Origin: Sphaerodactylus townsendi
Lineage: Eukaryota
Length of the DNA stretch: 64,000 bases
NCBI RefSeq assembly: GCF_021028975.2
Contig: NC_059428.1
Location: 138,942,001-139,006,000, forward strand
Direction: 5' to 3'
Positions 1 through 19,900 of this stretch are shown here, in pieces. The translations under genes and the position numbers were made by a program. How positions within the stretch are numbered: position 1 is the stretch's first letter; each line of letters begins with the position of its first letter. The notes under the pieces are model-generated. The model worked only from the letters and a program-made list of their open reading frames with translations. It did not search any database and was not told the origin of the DNA.

Positions 1-153
1 CCCCCTCCCCTCTGCTCCAAATGGGTCCCTAATACCATCGGGACCCATTATTCTTTTTGGGAGGGTTGCATAAGGGTTTCGTGGGACGCTGTTTTAGGAT
101 ATAACTGTTTTAAATTGTATGTATGATTTTATATATGATGTTTTATACTGTAC

Positions 154-281
154 NNNNNNNNNNNNNNNNNNNNNNNNNNNNNNNNNNNNNNNNNNNNNNN
201 NNNNNNNNNNNNNNNNNNNNNNNNNNNNNNNNNNNNNNNNNNNNNNNNNNNNNNNNNNNNNNNNNNNNNNNNNNNNNNNNN
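154..281. other. Assembly gap (128 N)
   Basis: Run of N in the sequence. Confidence 0.99.
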
Positions 282-1056
282 CAAAGGAGGGGGGCAAACC
301 AACCCACTCCCTCATTGCTGGCTCCAGGCGGCTCAAACAAACCAGCCAAGCCACATTCCGTGGGAGAAAACAAGAAAAATGTAAAACCTTTTTTAAAAAG
401 TTGTAATTAGAAACCCTTGTGAAGCGGGAGAAAATTCCCACTGAGACCCAACCTTTGAGTTGTAAATGAAACCCTTGTGCCACCAGAGGGAGGCCCACAG
501 CGCCAGCGCATCACCATTTCAGCATGGTTCTCCCCTGCGGCTGGCCAGATCTTGCTAGAAGAACTGAAACTACCCAGCTCTTTAGCAGAGAAAAAAAACA
601 AAACACAGCAGAGCTATAAAAAGAGTTATCCTTTAGTAAAGTTCTAAGTATAAAAAGTCAGGCTGCAAAATATGTACTTACAAAAGAGGAAGACAAAATA
701 GTCCTGTGCTAAAAAGCACCGGAAAGCAAACAAGCTCACACAACAAGCAAATAAGGAAAAAAATACAGCATTGTTAAATTTGCCACTCCCACATAAGAGG
801 CGGCCTTGATGGTCATCCACAATCAACCAATTAACTGCCCAGCTGCCCTGCACAGTGGCCAAATGGTGCAACTACCTCACTCCTGCAATTTACTTGCATA
901 AAAGATGCCAAATATTCTAACAGATCTCACCCAGCCCCCCAGCCTGTCCTCACAAGGGAAAAGTGTGGGGGGGGGGACGGAGCTCTTGGGCCCCCAGCTG
1001 GGTGTGAAGTGAAGACGAGGGGGCACTCAGCGGCTGTCTGTGCTTGCTCCCCTCAG

Positions 1057-8072
<7,016 letters not shown>

Positions 8073-8884
8073 GCTGCCGTGGGTCTCAGTGGCAGCCTCT
8101 CCATTGCTCCTCTGGTCCCCCTCCCCGCTTTCCTGCTGAATCTCTGGTGCCCCCTGTGGCAGGGCCAACGGGCAGCAGCTCCAGGGCCCAACTGCTTCTG
8201 TGTGGGCAGAGGCAGAGGGGAGAGACTTTGCCCCTTGGCTTCCCTGGGGGCCTTCCTGAAGTGTGCCCCGCCTTTGAACGAAGTGGGTGGGGTGGGAGAG
8301 GGCACCAGGCCTCCTCTGAAGCAGTTTGTGGAAGAGTGGGGAGGGGGCTGGTGGAGGGTGGGGTTTGCTGGCCAGGAAGAGACAGCCCCGACCAGCTGCC
8401 TTCTGAAAGCTGCCAGGGTTCTCCGCGGGAACTGCCCGGTGGCATTTGGACTCTGCAGTAGAGCTGGCACGAGCCTCAAGAGCTCTCGGACTGAATTGCT
8501 GACCCTCCTGGACAAGATAGGGGCTGGAGATCCTCTTGAATCTGGCTGGTCTCTGGCAAGATTTTGTTGAGGGCAAAACCCCCCATAAAGATTGTTTCTC
8601 TTTGTTAAATGGCTGGAAGCAGGTCTTGCTACGGTCAGGTTATTTGGGAATGGAACACCCTACCTCTGTGCCTGCTCCCCTCACCCCCTCCACCTGACCC
8701 CAGGATGCCATTGGCGCTGAGGCACACTGGGAAGGGGCAGATCTGGAATGCCACACCGACCAAAAGGCCCCGGGCCAGTCTGGCTGTGGGGCTGGCCCCT
8801 CAGTGTCCAGTTGCACAAGAGTGCTGCAGATGTGGACCCCCAAGCAACCCGCAAGCATCTGCAGATTTGGGGGAGGTCCCAGCA

Positions 8885-9632
8885 GCCCTGAGGTGCAGAG
8901 CGGTCAGCTGCAGCCCCGCAGTCCAAGCGCTGGTCGTGACCTGAGTTCGACCCAATGGAAGTCAGTTTCAAGAGGCCGGCTTAAGGTTGACTCCGCCTTC
9001 CATCCTTCTGGGGTCAGTCAAACGAGCACCCAGCTTAAGAACATAAGAAGAACATAAGAACTAGCCTGCTGGATCAGACCAGAGTCCATCTAGTCCAGCA
9101 CTCTGCTACTTGCAGTGGCCCACCAGGTGCCTTTGGGAGCTCACATGCAGGATGTGAAAGCAATGGCCTTCTGCTGCTGCTGCTCCTGAGCACCTGGTCT
9201 GCTAAGGCATTTGCAATCTGAGATCAAGGAGGATCAAGATTGGTTAGCCATGGAGAATCTAGAGCTTCCTCTCCTCCACTCCTAAAATCTGTCCAAGCCC
9301 TTTTTAAAGCTATCCAGGTGGCCATCACCACCTCCTGTGGCAACATATTCCAAACACCAATCACACGTTGCGTGAAGAAGTATTTCCTTTTATTAGTCCT
9401 AATTCTTCCCCCCAGCATTTTCAATGAGTGCCCCCTAGTTCTAGTATTGTGAGAAAGAGAGAAAAATTTCTCTCCGTCAACATTTTCTTGCAGGGGGTGA
9501 AGCGTAGATGACTGGGGAAGGCCACGGCAAAGTACCCCGTAAACACAGTCTTGCCTCCTAAATGTCATGATGTCATATTATCACCCATGGGTCAGTAATG
9601 GCCCAGTGTTTCCAGAGACTGTCCTTACCTTC
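8885..9632 (+). mobile_element. Sauria-type tRNA/RTE SINE split by a CR1 insertion
   Basis: tRNA-like head (GAGTTCGACCC), body GGTTGACTCCGCCTTCCATCC, resuming at about 9490 with RTE-like GACTGGGGAAGGCCACGGCAAA. Confidence 0.6.
9036..9486 (-). mobile_element. CR1 LINE 3' end (young family)
   Basis: ORF2 C-terminus [43 protein letters not shown]; (TTCTTATG)n tail; near-identical to the copies at 24185 and 47577. Confidence 0.9.
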
Positions 9633-10629
9633 TAGCCCCCCAATAAGAGCCAGCTGGTCAGAAAAGTTCTGCAGATTCTGCCTCTTCCTCAGGCTTCCTG
9701 GAGAAGATTCCGTTAATAACACTCAGTCTCAGGCCGAGAGCTTTTATCTCATGAAAATCTAATTTCTGTAGTAAGATTGAGGGTGGGTGGAAATAGTTCT
9801 TGCTTGGGCTGGGCGCTTTCTCTTGAAACCACAGAATTTGGCTGTTCCTGTGCAACACTCAGCTCAGGAAAGATCCTGTGGCTGGCTGGCTCCAGCATCT
9901 CCTCTCTGGGGGCTGGCGCCTGGGGCGGGGGGGAGGGTTGCAGCAGATCCAGGGGGGGAGCCAGACCACTGGGAGCCTCCTCTGAGGACCACCCAGGCAT
10001 GGGCCCCATGTCACATGTGAGACTGTGGCCCAAATCTCCCCCCCCCCCCGCACAGCCCAGCACGAGGCCTGCGTGGCCACCTGCCTCGGCCCAAGCTGTT
10101 GCACAGGCAGTCCGTTAGGAAGGATTTAATCCGCACCAAAAATGAACTGATCATGGAGCAAAAATTATTTTTTCAAAAAAGACCGATGTGGTTTCTGTGG
10201 GATGTTTAAAAGGCTGCGTGCAGGTTGGTTTGGAGCTGAGGGGCCTTCCCGAGAGTGAGCGGCAAAGCTTTTCCCTCAGCTGCCGGGGAAAAGAACTGAA
10301 TGGCAGGATGGGGACAAACACCCCTCCCCCCATGCCCAGCTAAGTGAGTTACTTCAATTCAACAGCAAAAACACATCCTCTACGGAGAATCCAGAGAAAG
10401 GTCTTTGCTGCACTCGGGAGTCCTCTGGTTCAAGGGAACCAGGCAGAGCCCCCCCCCCCCCGCCCCCCTGCTTGCATAGCTGCAGCCCCCTCCTCCAGTC
10501 AGAAACAACATGGCCAACCTCCAGGGCAGCTCTCAGGGCTTTGGCCCAGCAGCCATTTTGCACTTGAAGGACTCTGCCATCCCTCCTGGATAGGGTGGTG
10601 CCCCCTCCACCTGTCCTTCATCCACTGCC

Positions 10630-10870
10630 TCATCTTTTCCCCTCTAGGGTGGTGCTTTGGAGTGGGCTGGCTGCCCTCAGACTTTGTGGAAGGGAGCTAG
10701 GCCAAAGCGCCCCCAGCTGAGAGAGCGGTGGGGGCGGAGGAGGAGGGCAGCCAGCCATCCCTCCTGCACCTGTTGGTTGCCTTGGAAACAACCCTTGGAG
10801 GCCTTGGCCCAGAGAATGTGGCAAGGGGGTCAGGGAAGTTGGGGGGGGGGATGTTGCTGAGCGTTCACAT
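10630..10870 (-). pseudogene. UBALD1: Degenerate last coding exon of UBALD1 (UBA-like domain protein), probable unitary pseudogene
   Basis: On the minus strand, acceptor tgttgcccccag is followed by ATG TGA ACG CTC AGC AAC ATC CCC CCC CCC AAC TTC CCT GAC CCC CTT GCC ACA TTC TCT = M*TLSNIPPPNFPDPLATFS, versus UBALD1/2 MCTP(A/S)NTPATPPNFPDAL(T/A)MFS. After frameshifts it reads KAS.. and ends ..TTLEGKR* (UBALD1 ends ..AMEAER*). Position and strand between C16orf96 and MGRN1 are as expected for UBALD1. Confidence 0.75.
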
Positions 10871-11057
10871 CTGGGGGCAACACAGACAGCACAGCTGGTC
10901 AGAATGGCCTCTCGCTCCCCGCAACTGCTGCTTGAGAGGCTCTTTCTTCTGCCCCCCCCCCCCCCGGGAAGGGTGTGGGCAAGGAGGCACAACCCCTCTG
11001 AGTGTAGAACCCAACATTGGGTGGGTGGGGGGAGGCAGAAGAAAAATGATGGCGACT

Positions 11058-11350
11058 GAAGAAGAAGAGTTTGGAATTATACCCCTCCCCCTTTCTCTCC
11101 TGCAAGGAGACTAAGGGGCTTACAAACTCCTTTCCCTTCCCTCCTCCACAACAAACACTCTGTGAGGTGGGTGGGACTGAGAGAGCTCCGAAGAACTGCC
11201 CAAGGTCACCCAGCTGGCGTGTGTAGGAGCTCACAAGCTAATCTAGTTCACCAGATAAGCCTCCACAGCTCAAGTGGCAGAGCAGGGAATCAAACCCAGT
11301 TCCCCAGATTAGAGTGCACTTGCTCTTAACCACTACACCACGCTGGCTCT
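11058..11350 (-). mobile_element. Squam3-like SINE
   Basis: Reverse-complement family consensus with GAAGAAGAAG tail. Confidence 0.85.
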
Positions 11351-12850
11351 GGGAGGCAGAAGAAAAAGGATGGTGACTGAAGGAACCTTTTGAAATGGCA
11401 ACTCCAGAGGAAGAAGATGTGGGAGCAAGCGAGAAACAGCCCTGGAGACGCAAGAGGGCAGTGCCCAGGGAGCAATGGGGGGCGGGGGCAAGGGAAGGCG
11501 TGTCCTGTGAGGGCACTAAGAGGCCAGTGGCCAACCGATGGGCCCCAGCGCTCATCTCTTGGAAAAGGGCCATTTCCCATTTTCCCTGGGGGTGTCTTTG
11601 CAGGGATCTCCCTCCCCCCTTGGAGTTGGTGTTCTCACCTGGCATCTGCCACTTCCCAAGTGGGCACACAGATTCTTCCTCCCTCCCCGGGTAGGACTGG
11701 TTGTGTCGCACTCGCACAGCTGGGTCAATCCTTGAAGTGTGTCATGTTGTCTGAGCAGCTGAAGACTACATTTCCCACACCCCCTCCGTTTTGTTTGCAA
11801 AATTGTTTTGGGGCGGGCTGATAAAGCTGGAGTGACATCCCAAGGCAGCCAATGGCCAAAGCCCCTTTGTGGACACCGGGCCGCATAAGGTAACAGGACC
11901 ACACAGTCCTGCAGAAGATGCAGGTGGCAGACAGCCTTGCAGTCGCATGGGGTTCCTTGTAGAGAGACGCTGGCCAGTGTGGCACTAGGAAGTGGCGGCT
12001 AGGCCCTGCTCTAGATCCCCAGAATCTGCAGACTCTCCTCTTTATAGTCAGTGTCACAATCAACAAGGGAACGACCAGGCCAACTTTCCTCCCACTGGCA
12101 CCTATTTGGTGCATTCCCATCCACAGCGCTGGTGAAATTCTGCCAGTGTACATTTGTAAAGCCGAAATCAGGTGTAGGGAACAGGAACAGAACTCCAGCA
12201 TTCCCCACCACTCCCACTCCCCCCGTGTGCCTTGGCTTCTTAATTTTAAAAAATTTACATTATTATAAACTGCCTTCACAGTAGATCATGCAGCGTTGGT
12301 TACATACAATCAACAGGATGGGACATCCCATAAGCAATATGATTTTATTTTTTAAAATTTATTTCTAAGTTTTATATACCGCCCTACCCCCGAAGGGCTC
12401 TGAGCGGTGCCTATGTTTCCCCCCCTTATTTTCCAAAAACGTTTTATTTCCAGTCCCAAAACTTTTTAAACCAACCCCTTTTTAAATAATTCTCTAGCCT
12501 GAAACATTTTCAAACCGTCTTCACTTGCTGTGCGATCCATTTACTCTGTTTTGCAAAAATCCGAAAACAGGCAGAAATCTGAAACAAAGCAGGAGCATTC
12601 ACACAAGTTAGATGATGACAAAATCACACAAAATGATCTTACTTCCTCTTGTCTACTGCGGGACTCTGTTGGAAACACCAGGGCCACACAACCCGGAAAA
12701 CCCACCACAACCAGCAGAACTAGAGACTGCAACTTTCTCATATGTATAATTATCTAGCCTTTGTCTTGCATCAGATATTATCCTTTAGTTCCTAGCTTGG
12801 TTTGCTACCTTCAAGTATGCCTTGCTCCTGAATATGTTATGTATTCATAT

Positions 12851-13040
12851 ATCGTCGAAGGCTTTCACAGCCGGAATCACTGGGGTGTTGTGTGGTTTCC
12901 GGGCTGTATGGTCGTGTTCTAGTAGCATTTTCTCCTGACTTTTCGCCAGCAGAAGATGCCAGCCACAGATGCAGGCAAAATATCAGGAGAAAATGCTACT
13001 AGAACACGGCCATACAGCCCGGAAACCACACAACACCCTG
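12851..13040. mobile_element. Penelope-like-derived inverted-repeat element
   Basis: GTCGAAGGCTTTCAC tail plus inverted arms; hammerhead core damaged. Confidence 0.8.
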
Positions 13041-13419
13041 ATGTATTAATAGATCTGTTAACATACACCCCCATGTTTACAGACTATTTGAACTGACAAT
13101 CCTCTGAAACTCCTTTCTTTATTCTGCGTCCAGACCTCTTTAATTGGGGACTCTTTATTCTTTGAGTAACCCGGAAAAATAATTGCTGGTCCCAGGCATG
13201 CTTTGGCCCTGGCTTGTACAAGCATCCCCCATAATCTTCTAGGGCAAGACCACCAACAGTTATCCTGTATTTCTGGACACATCTGTCACTCTTAATTTTA
13301 AGGAGGAATTGCAGCAAATCCAGAGAAAACTTCCTGCACCTCTGAGCCTGATCTAGAAAAAATAAATGCGACACCGCCTCCCGTCCTAAATGCAGCAACA
13401 GAAAAGAAGGAAAGCGGGT

Positions 13420-13960
13420 AAATAATGCAATAATCCCCTAACCGGCACACTCCCCCTTCCCCCGCAATGGGCGAGGCAGCCTTCGCCCTTTCAGGAGCGT
13501 TCAGCCTCGCCGGCATCTGCTCCTCCGCACCGACCGCCCCCGACCGCTCACTCCAGCCCGCGCTCCCGCCCGTTGTGTCGCCTTCCTCCGCCTCCTCGCT
13601 TGTTTTTCCCAGCCGAGCGCACCGCCTTCTGGGAGTTGTAGTTCTTGGGTGGGCGCTGCCGTGTCCGGCGCTGGGCGGAGGAACTCGCTTTCCCGTGGTG
13701 CCCCGCGCGCGAGCGGCCTGGGCTGAGCTACGGAGCCTGTGCGACGCCCGCCTGGCTTGGCCCTCCGGTCCCCCTCCGCCGCCGCCGCCACGATGGGCTC
13801 CCTGCTCAGCCGCCGCATCGCCGGCGTGGAGGACATCGACATCCAGGCCAATTCAGCCTACCGCTACCCGCCCAAGTCCGGTGAGCCCCGCCCGGGGGGA
13901 GAGACCCGAAGCCCCCGCTGTACCCCGTTCCCGCGAGGGGGAAAAAGAGGGGGTTCTGGC
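13420..13960 (+). promoter_or_regulatory. CpG-island promoter of MGRN1 with ZNF143/THAP11-type ACTACAACTCCCAG motif
   Basis: CpG-dense region around exon 1. GCCTTCTGGGAGTTGTAGTTC at 13624-13644 is the reverse complement of GAACTACAACTCCCAGAAGGC. Kozak-like GCCGCCACGATGG at the ATG (13793). Confidence 0.75.
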
Positions 13961-16900
13961 CGAGGGCTGCCATCTCCAGTTGGGAGGGGGTGACGCCAGA
14001 GAGCCCCCCCTCCCCAGCACCTCTGTCGCCTGGAGGTCAGGGGCAACTCCAGGAGATCTCCAGGCCCCACCTGGAGGTTGGCAACCCTGAAACACGGCAT
14101 TGAATGGTGACCAAGCGAGCCCCCATTCCCTCCGTCCTCCCACGGCCTCCGCCCTGCTGTGCCTGCCCCACCCCTCGGCATCAGCTACCCAACCTGTGCC
14201 AGGGGCGCTGGGGGGAGTGTCACTCATGGATGAGCTCGCTCGCTGCTTTCCTCCCCCATGGGGGGTCCAAAGCTGCTCGCGTCGTTCTCTGCTCTTCCAC
14301 CGCTCTCCTCACAACAACCCTATGAGGTCGCTTGGGCTGGGAGTGGCCAAAGGCTGTCCGGTGAATTTGTGACCGCAGGATTCGAACCTGGCTCTCTCAG
14401 ATCCTGGTGGACCTTCTACTCTGCTCTGGCTCTCTGGGGTTGCTTTGTTTTGGGAACGGGCCCAGGATGCCTCCGTCCCCTTTTCTGCACAGCCTCTTGG
14501 AGAGCTCCAGGGCTCAGGTGGAGGGGCCGGCCCGGTTGGTGGGCCTGGCTGGGTACCTCCCCTACCCCAGCCCCCTTGGGGATGCATCCCAGTCTAGATT
14601 GCCACCTCTTTCATAATAGAAAAAGCATTTTCTTGTGCAAGGACAAAGCCCCAGGGAGATGTGGAGGGACCCACTCCTGTGGCTGCTTGTTGTGTCTCCT
14701 GTGCTGACCCCCACCCATCTGTGGCCTTGCCACTGGTGTCCTGCCCCCAACATCCTGCTAAGTGGTGCAGATCTCAGGCATGTCAGGAGCCCTAAGCCTC
14801 TCAGCTTCTGGGCCCACTGGCCTCCCAGTACCTTTCAACCCAACCTTCGTGGCTTCCGCTGTCTTGCCCCATGGGTGTCGTTGGGGTATTTCCAATGGCT
14901 TTTTGACCCCCTTTCTCCAGGCAACTATTTTGCCAGCCACTTTTTCATGGGAGGAGAGAAGTTTGACACTCCACATCCTGAGGGGTACCTCTTTGGGGAG
15001 AACATGGACTTGAACTTCCTTGGCAACCGGCCGGTCCAGGTGAGCGTTCTGAAGTAAAAAGCGGGAGCTTAGTTGCCACCAGAAGGAATGGGGGTGGGGG
15101 TGGGGGAGGCAGCCAAGTTCTCCCTCAAATTCTCTGCATCTGATTTAATCCTCCTTAAAACAAATGATGCCATTTCACTTGCTTTTTCCTTTGTTTGCTT
15201 GTTTAAAGAAAAGGCCTCCCCGTTGCCTTGGCTTGTTGATTGCTATATTTCAGGGAACAGGAAGTACAAAATATATTTCCTGTAATCCCAGCAAAGCTAA
15301 TCATTTCTAGAACGTGTCCCCCACAATGCCCATTGGAACGTCAAGATGGTGGGCTTCCCTTTGGGAGGTGCGCTGATTTCCGTTGCCATTCAGCCTTTGG
15401 GTTTGTCTCTCGCCTCTGGACAAGTTCCCTCTTTGAAGCAAGTGGGGAAAGGGCTGCCTTGGTGGGGACTCATTGATGACTCTTGGGCTGCCCGTCTCCC
15501 TCGGCCTGTCTTTTACTCAAAATGGCTCCTGGTCTTTTATTCCAGTTCCCTTACGTAACCCCAGCACCTCACGAGCCGGTGAAGACGTTGCGGAGCTTGG
15601 TGAATATCCGCAAAGACTCCCTTCGCCTGGTCAGGTACGGCAGACACAGCGTCCTGGCTGTTCTGGTGAGGCAGGGAGCCTCGTCTCAAGAGTTCCGTTG
15701 GGGGTTCTATTCTGCTGCAGTCCAGGGACCTTGTGTAATGTATTGTCGAAGGCTTTCATGGCTGGAATCACTAGGGGGTTGTTGTGGGTCTTCCGGGTTT
15801 TATGGCCGTGTCCCAGTAGCATTTTCTCCTGACGTTTCGCCTGCATCTGTGGCTGGCATCTTCAGAGGATCTGATGGCAGTAAAGCAAGATGCCAGCCAC
15901 AGATGCAGGCGAAATGTCAGGAGAAAATGCTACTGGAACACAGCCAGACAGCCCGGAAAACCCACAACACCCTAGACCAGTGGTTCTCAACCTGGGGGTC
16001 GGGACCCCTTGGGGGGGGTCGAACGACCCTTTCACAGGGATCGCCTAAGACTCTCTGCATCAGTGTTCTCCATCTGTAAAATGGATACATGTTAGGGTTG
16101 GGGGTCACCACAACATGAGGAACTGTATTAAAGGGTCGCGGCGTTAGGAAGGTTGAGAACCACTGCCCTAGACCTTGTGTAAGTTGTTCATGTCCGTTAG
16201 ACGGCTGTGGTGCTTCTACTTACTACAAGGAGGCAGGTCTCTGCTCTGAGGAGTTTCCCACCACAGTTGTGACACTAGGGACGAGGGAGAAACAGCTCGG
16301 ATCCTGGGTGGGACAACATTCTCAGGAGTGTAAATAATAACTCCATAGCAAAAGGGAATGTCAATAAACTGTGCAGCGGGCAGACAAGGAGGGTTCAAGC
16401 TGCCTTGCTTTTTGCCAGTCGGGGGATGACGTGACCACTTTCAGCGGCCTGGAGCCTGGCGTCAGTGAGATGAAGGCCCGAGTCACAGAGCGCTGTCATT
16501 GGCCTGACAGCCAAGAATGAAAGGCCAGCGGCAGACCAGTCGGATTCAGACAGCACTCGGTGTGGGAAGAGGGAGGAGGCCAGCTGGCTGAGAAAAGATA
16601 GACAGTGAGGGCTGAGCCGAAGCACGCCTTCCAAGCCACACAGAAACTGGCTGGGGGGGGGTGGGGTGGGTGGGCAGGGGGGTCCCTTATGAGGATATCT
16701 GCGGCCGGGAAGGAACCATGGAGGCTTTGGAAGCACAAGGGTGGGCTGGAAGCCAGCGCCTGGATTTAAGGAAGAGCCACATGTGGGGAGCAGGGGGGAG
16801 GAGGAGACAAAAGACCTGACCAGTAGAATGCTGCTGGATAGAGGGAAGAGGTTGTGGGGTTCAGGGGAAGCGCCAGAAAGGCTGGGTGGAGCGCAGAGTG

Positions 16901-19900
16901 TTTGTGTGAAGATGGAGGAGAGGGTCCATGTGTGGCTCTGCAGGCGGGAGCGCAGGGCGCTGCTGTCTTTGGCACCTGTGGGACCCACTGGCCATGGCTG
17001 TGTGGAATGACGGCCCCTGGAGAAAGGGCCAGAGGCATCTGGGCAGGTGAAGATGTGGCAGCAATGAGGAGGGGCGATCCCCACCCAGTCTTGAAGAATA
17101 GAGTCCAGGGGTGTCAGGTGAGGCCTCAAGCCCTGATGTTTGAGGAATGGGAAAGAAGCATAGAAAGGGATTGGAGTGGCTCAGGAGCTGAACTCTTGGC
17201 CCAGGCGAGGCAGCCAGGAGTTAAACAGAGCCCCCCCCCCACTCCTGCTCCCTCTGCGTTAGGTACAAGGAGGATGCCGATAGCCCCACCGAGGAGGGTG
17301 GGAAGCAGAGAGCCTCGTACAGCCTGGAGTTCACCTTCGACGCTGACGCCCGCGTGGCCATCACCATCTACTGCCAGGCAACGGAGGAGTTTGTGAGCGG
17401 CATGGCCATGTAAGTGCCGGAAGGCCTTTCGCACCAGGGGGTGGTTTGCCACGGGGGTCCCCGGCCTTTTCGACCCCGAGGGCACCCTTGCAATGCTGAT
17501 GCGGGGCGGCGGCCGCTGCCAAATGTCAGGTCAGGCATAGCTTTAACAGAGACTCTTCAACATTTCCGGTAGAAATGCTACCTTTTAATATTAATATATC
17601 ACTTTAAAACATTTTCATGCGCACACACGTTTTTCCTTCAGTTGCATAGTCTGTACAGCCAGTCAAGAGCCCATCTGCGCCCACCCGCTTCCTAAAAAGA
17701 CTCGGTGGGTGCTAGGAAAGGGGTCGGTGAGTGCTGGGACACCCGGCCAGTGTGGTGCAGTGGGTAAGAGCAGCGGACTCCAGGAGTCTGAAGAACCGGG
17801 CTTGATTCCCCCTCCTCCACTTGGGCTAGTCACGGTTCTCTCAAAACTCTCTCCGGCCCACCGACCTCACAAGGGGTCTGTTGTGGGGAGAGGAAGGGAA
17901 GGAGTTTGGAAGCCCCCTTGAGTCTCCTTACTGGAGACAAAAGCAGGGCAGAAATCCAGACTCCTCCTCTTCTTCATGGACACCATGCAGGGTGGGGGGG
18001 TGGGGGTTCTGATTTATTGGAACCTTGGGGGTGGGGGAGGGGGATGGTCGTCTGCCTGTCAAGAGCTTCCTTGATGGAGGTCTTTTCCCTGATGGGGAGA
18101 TCATCTCAGCCCAGTCACGGGTGGAGCCTGGAGGCCTCGGGGGGTGGGATGGGGGGTGAGGGATGGTATGCGTCTGGTGGGATGGGGGGTGGGGAGGGTA
18201 CGTGTGCGCCAGCACTTCAGTGGGCTTTGGCTTGTGCTCGCCTGAGGGCTGGCGAGGGCCGGAGCCTGGCTTCAGGGGGCTGCCCAGAGCGACGTCCAGC
18301 CGGAGCCTCCTTCTGCCCCCTGCAGCTACAGCACCAAGAACCCCTCCCTGCAGTCGGAGACCGTTCACTACAAGCGTGGGGTGAGCCAGCAGTTCTCGCT
18401 GCCCTCCTTCAAGATTGACTTCTCCGACTGGAAGGAGGATGAGGTAACTCGCCTGCTCTTCTGGCCTCTCGTGGCTTGGGCGTGGCTCCTGGGTGGGTTT
18501 TCTTCAGAATCTTGGGATGGGAAAGAGAGTGGCTGGTGCTGAGTGGCTCTTTGGGCCTAGCCTCCCGGCCAGAAACAAAGGCTGCCCCTGGGCCCTGCTG
18601 GTGTGGCTGCCTGTGGCCAGCCCTGATCCCTGGGTTCCTGGCCCCGGGTCTTTGCCTCCACGACTGACGCCCTCTCTTTGCCCCTGTGTCCCAGCTGAAC
18701 TTTGACCTGGACCGTGGCGTGCTCCCGGTCGTCATTCAAGCGGTGGTGGATGAAGGTGATGGTAAGCTGGCGGAAGGGGGGGCTCTGTCATGATTCAGTT
18801 TCAGAAAGTGTGAGTGCACGGAGATGGCGAGGCCACGGAGCCACCCCTTCCTGTCTTGGGGAGGTCTGGGGCTCCAAAGGCACCTCTTTCAACAAGGATG
18901 TGCCCTATGCTCCAGCCTGCTGCGGAAGGCCCACGGCTTCCTAGCCAGTGTGGCATAGTGGTTAAGAGTAGGTGCACTCTAATCTGGAGAACCGGGTTTG
19001 ATTCCCCTGCCGCTTGAACTGTGGAGGCTTATCTGGGGAATTCAGATTAGTCTGTGCACTCCGCCAGCGGGATGATCTTGGGCTAGTCACAGTTCTTCGG
19101 AGCCCTCTCAGACCCACCCACCTCACAGGGTGTTGGGGTGGGGGAAGGGAAAGGAGATTGTCAGCCCCTTTGAGTCTCCTTACAGGAGAGAAAGGGGGAG
19201 TATAAATCTAAACTCTTCTTCTTCTAGACTAGGTCTGTGGGGGTGGGGAGCATTGCAGAGGATGCCCGTGGGAGAGCACTTGTGCCCCCCCCCCCCCCGC
19301 CTGTGGGGAAAGGCCATGAGCAGCTAAGGGAGCGTGCGATGGAGAGCTCAGGGCACCTTTGAGAGGGGAGGCTTGCTGGGGAGAATCTTTATCCTCAGAG
19401 AGTGGCCTGTCTGAACCGGGATGAAGACCCCGTATGGAGGACTGTACATCCCGTGAGTCACAGTGCGCTTGTTCTCATGTGCCACTGCAAACGATCCAAG
19501 CGCTTCATTTGTGCAAGAGAGTGAAATGCCCACAGCTCTCTCAGTCTGTCGTGACAGGGGATCTTTTTGTAGCAACTGAACGGGAATGCAGAGGCCACTG
19601 ATGGCCTGGTGCAGCAAAGAACGCCGCGTCTGCCTGGGTCCCGCAGGGCCATCGAGCCTAGTCTCCCTCCCCTCCTGGCTGGCCTGGGCTGCTGGGGAGG
19701 TGGGAGAAGGGGAAGATCTGTGCAGGCCCTTCTCGCTTTCCGTTTGTGATGATGGGAATCCCATGTCGGGGCTGCTGCGGGCTTCCCGCTCAGCTGGCAC
19801 AATTCTCCTCGGCCTGTGTTTTTTCTTCCAGTGGTGGTGGAAGTGACGGGCCACGCCCACATTCTCCTGGCTGCCTTTGAAAAGGTAAGAGAGGTTCTGG

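Noticed and set aside
9749-10063. 104-aa minus-strand Pro/Glu-rich ORF resembling a last exon
   Set aside because: No homology or clear acceptor; it lies at or beyond the decayed UBALD1 3' region.
12011-12217. VHWQNF peptide as a possible UBALD1 exon 1 remnant (AHWQFE)
   Set aside because: Too short, and the flanking residues and splice donor do not fit.
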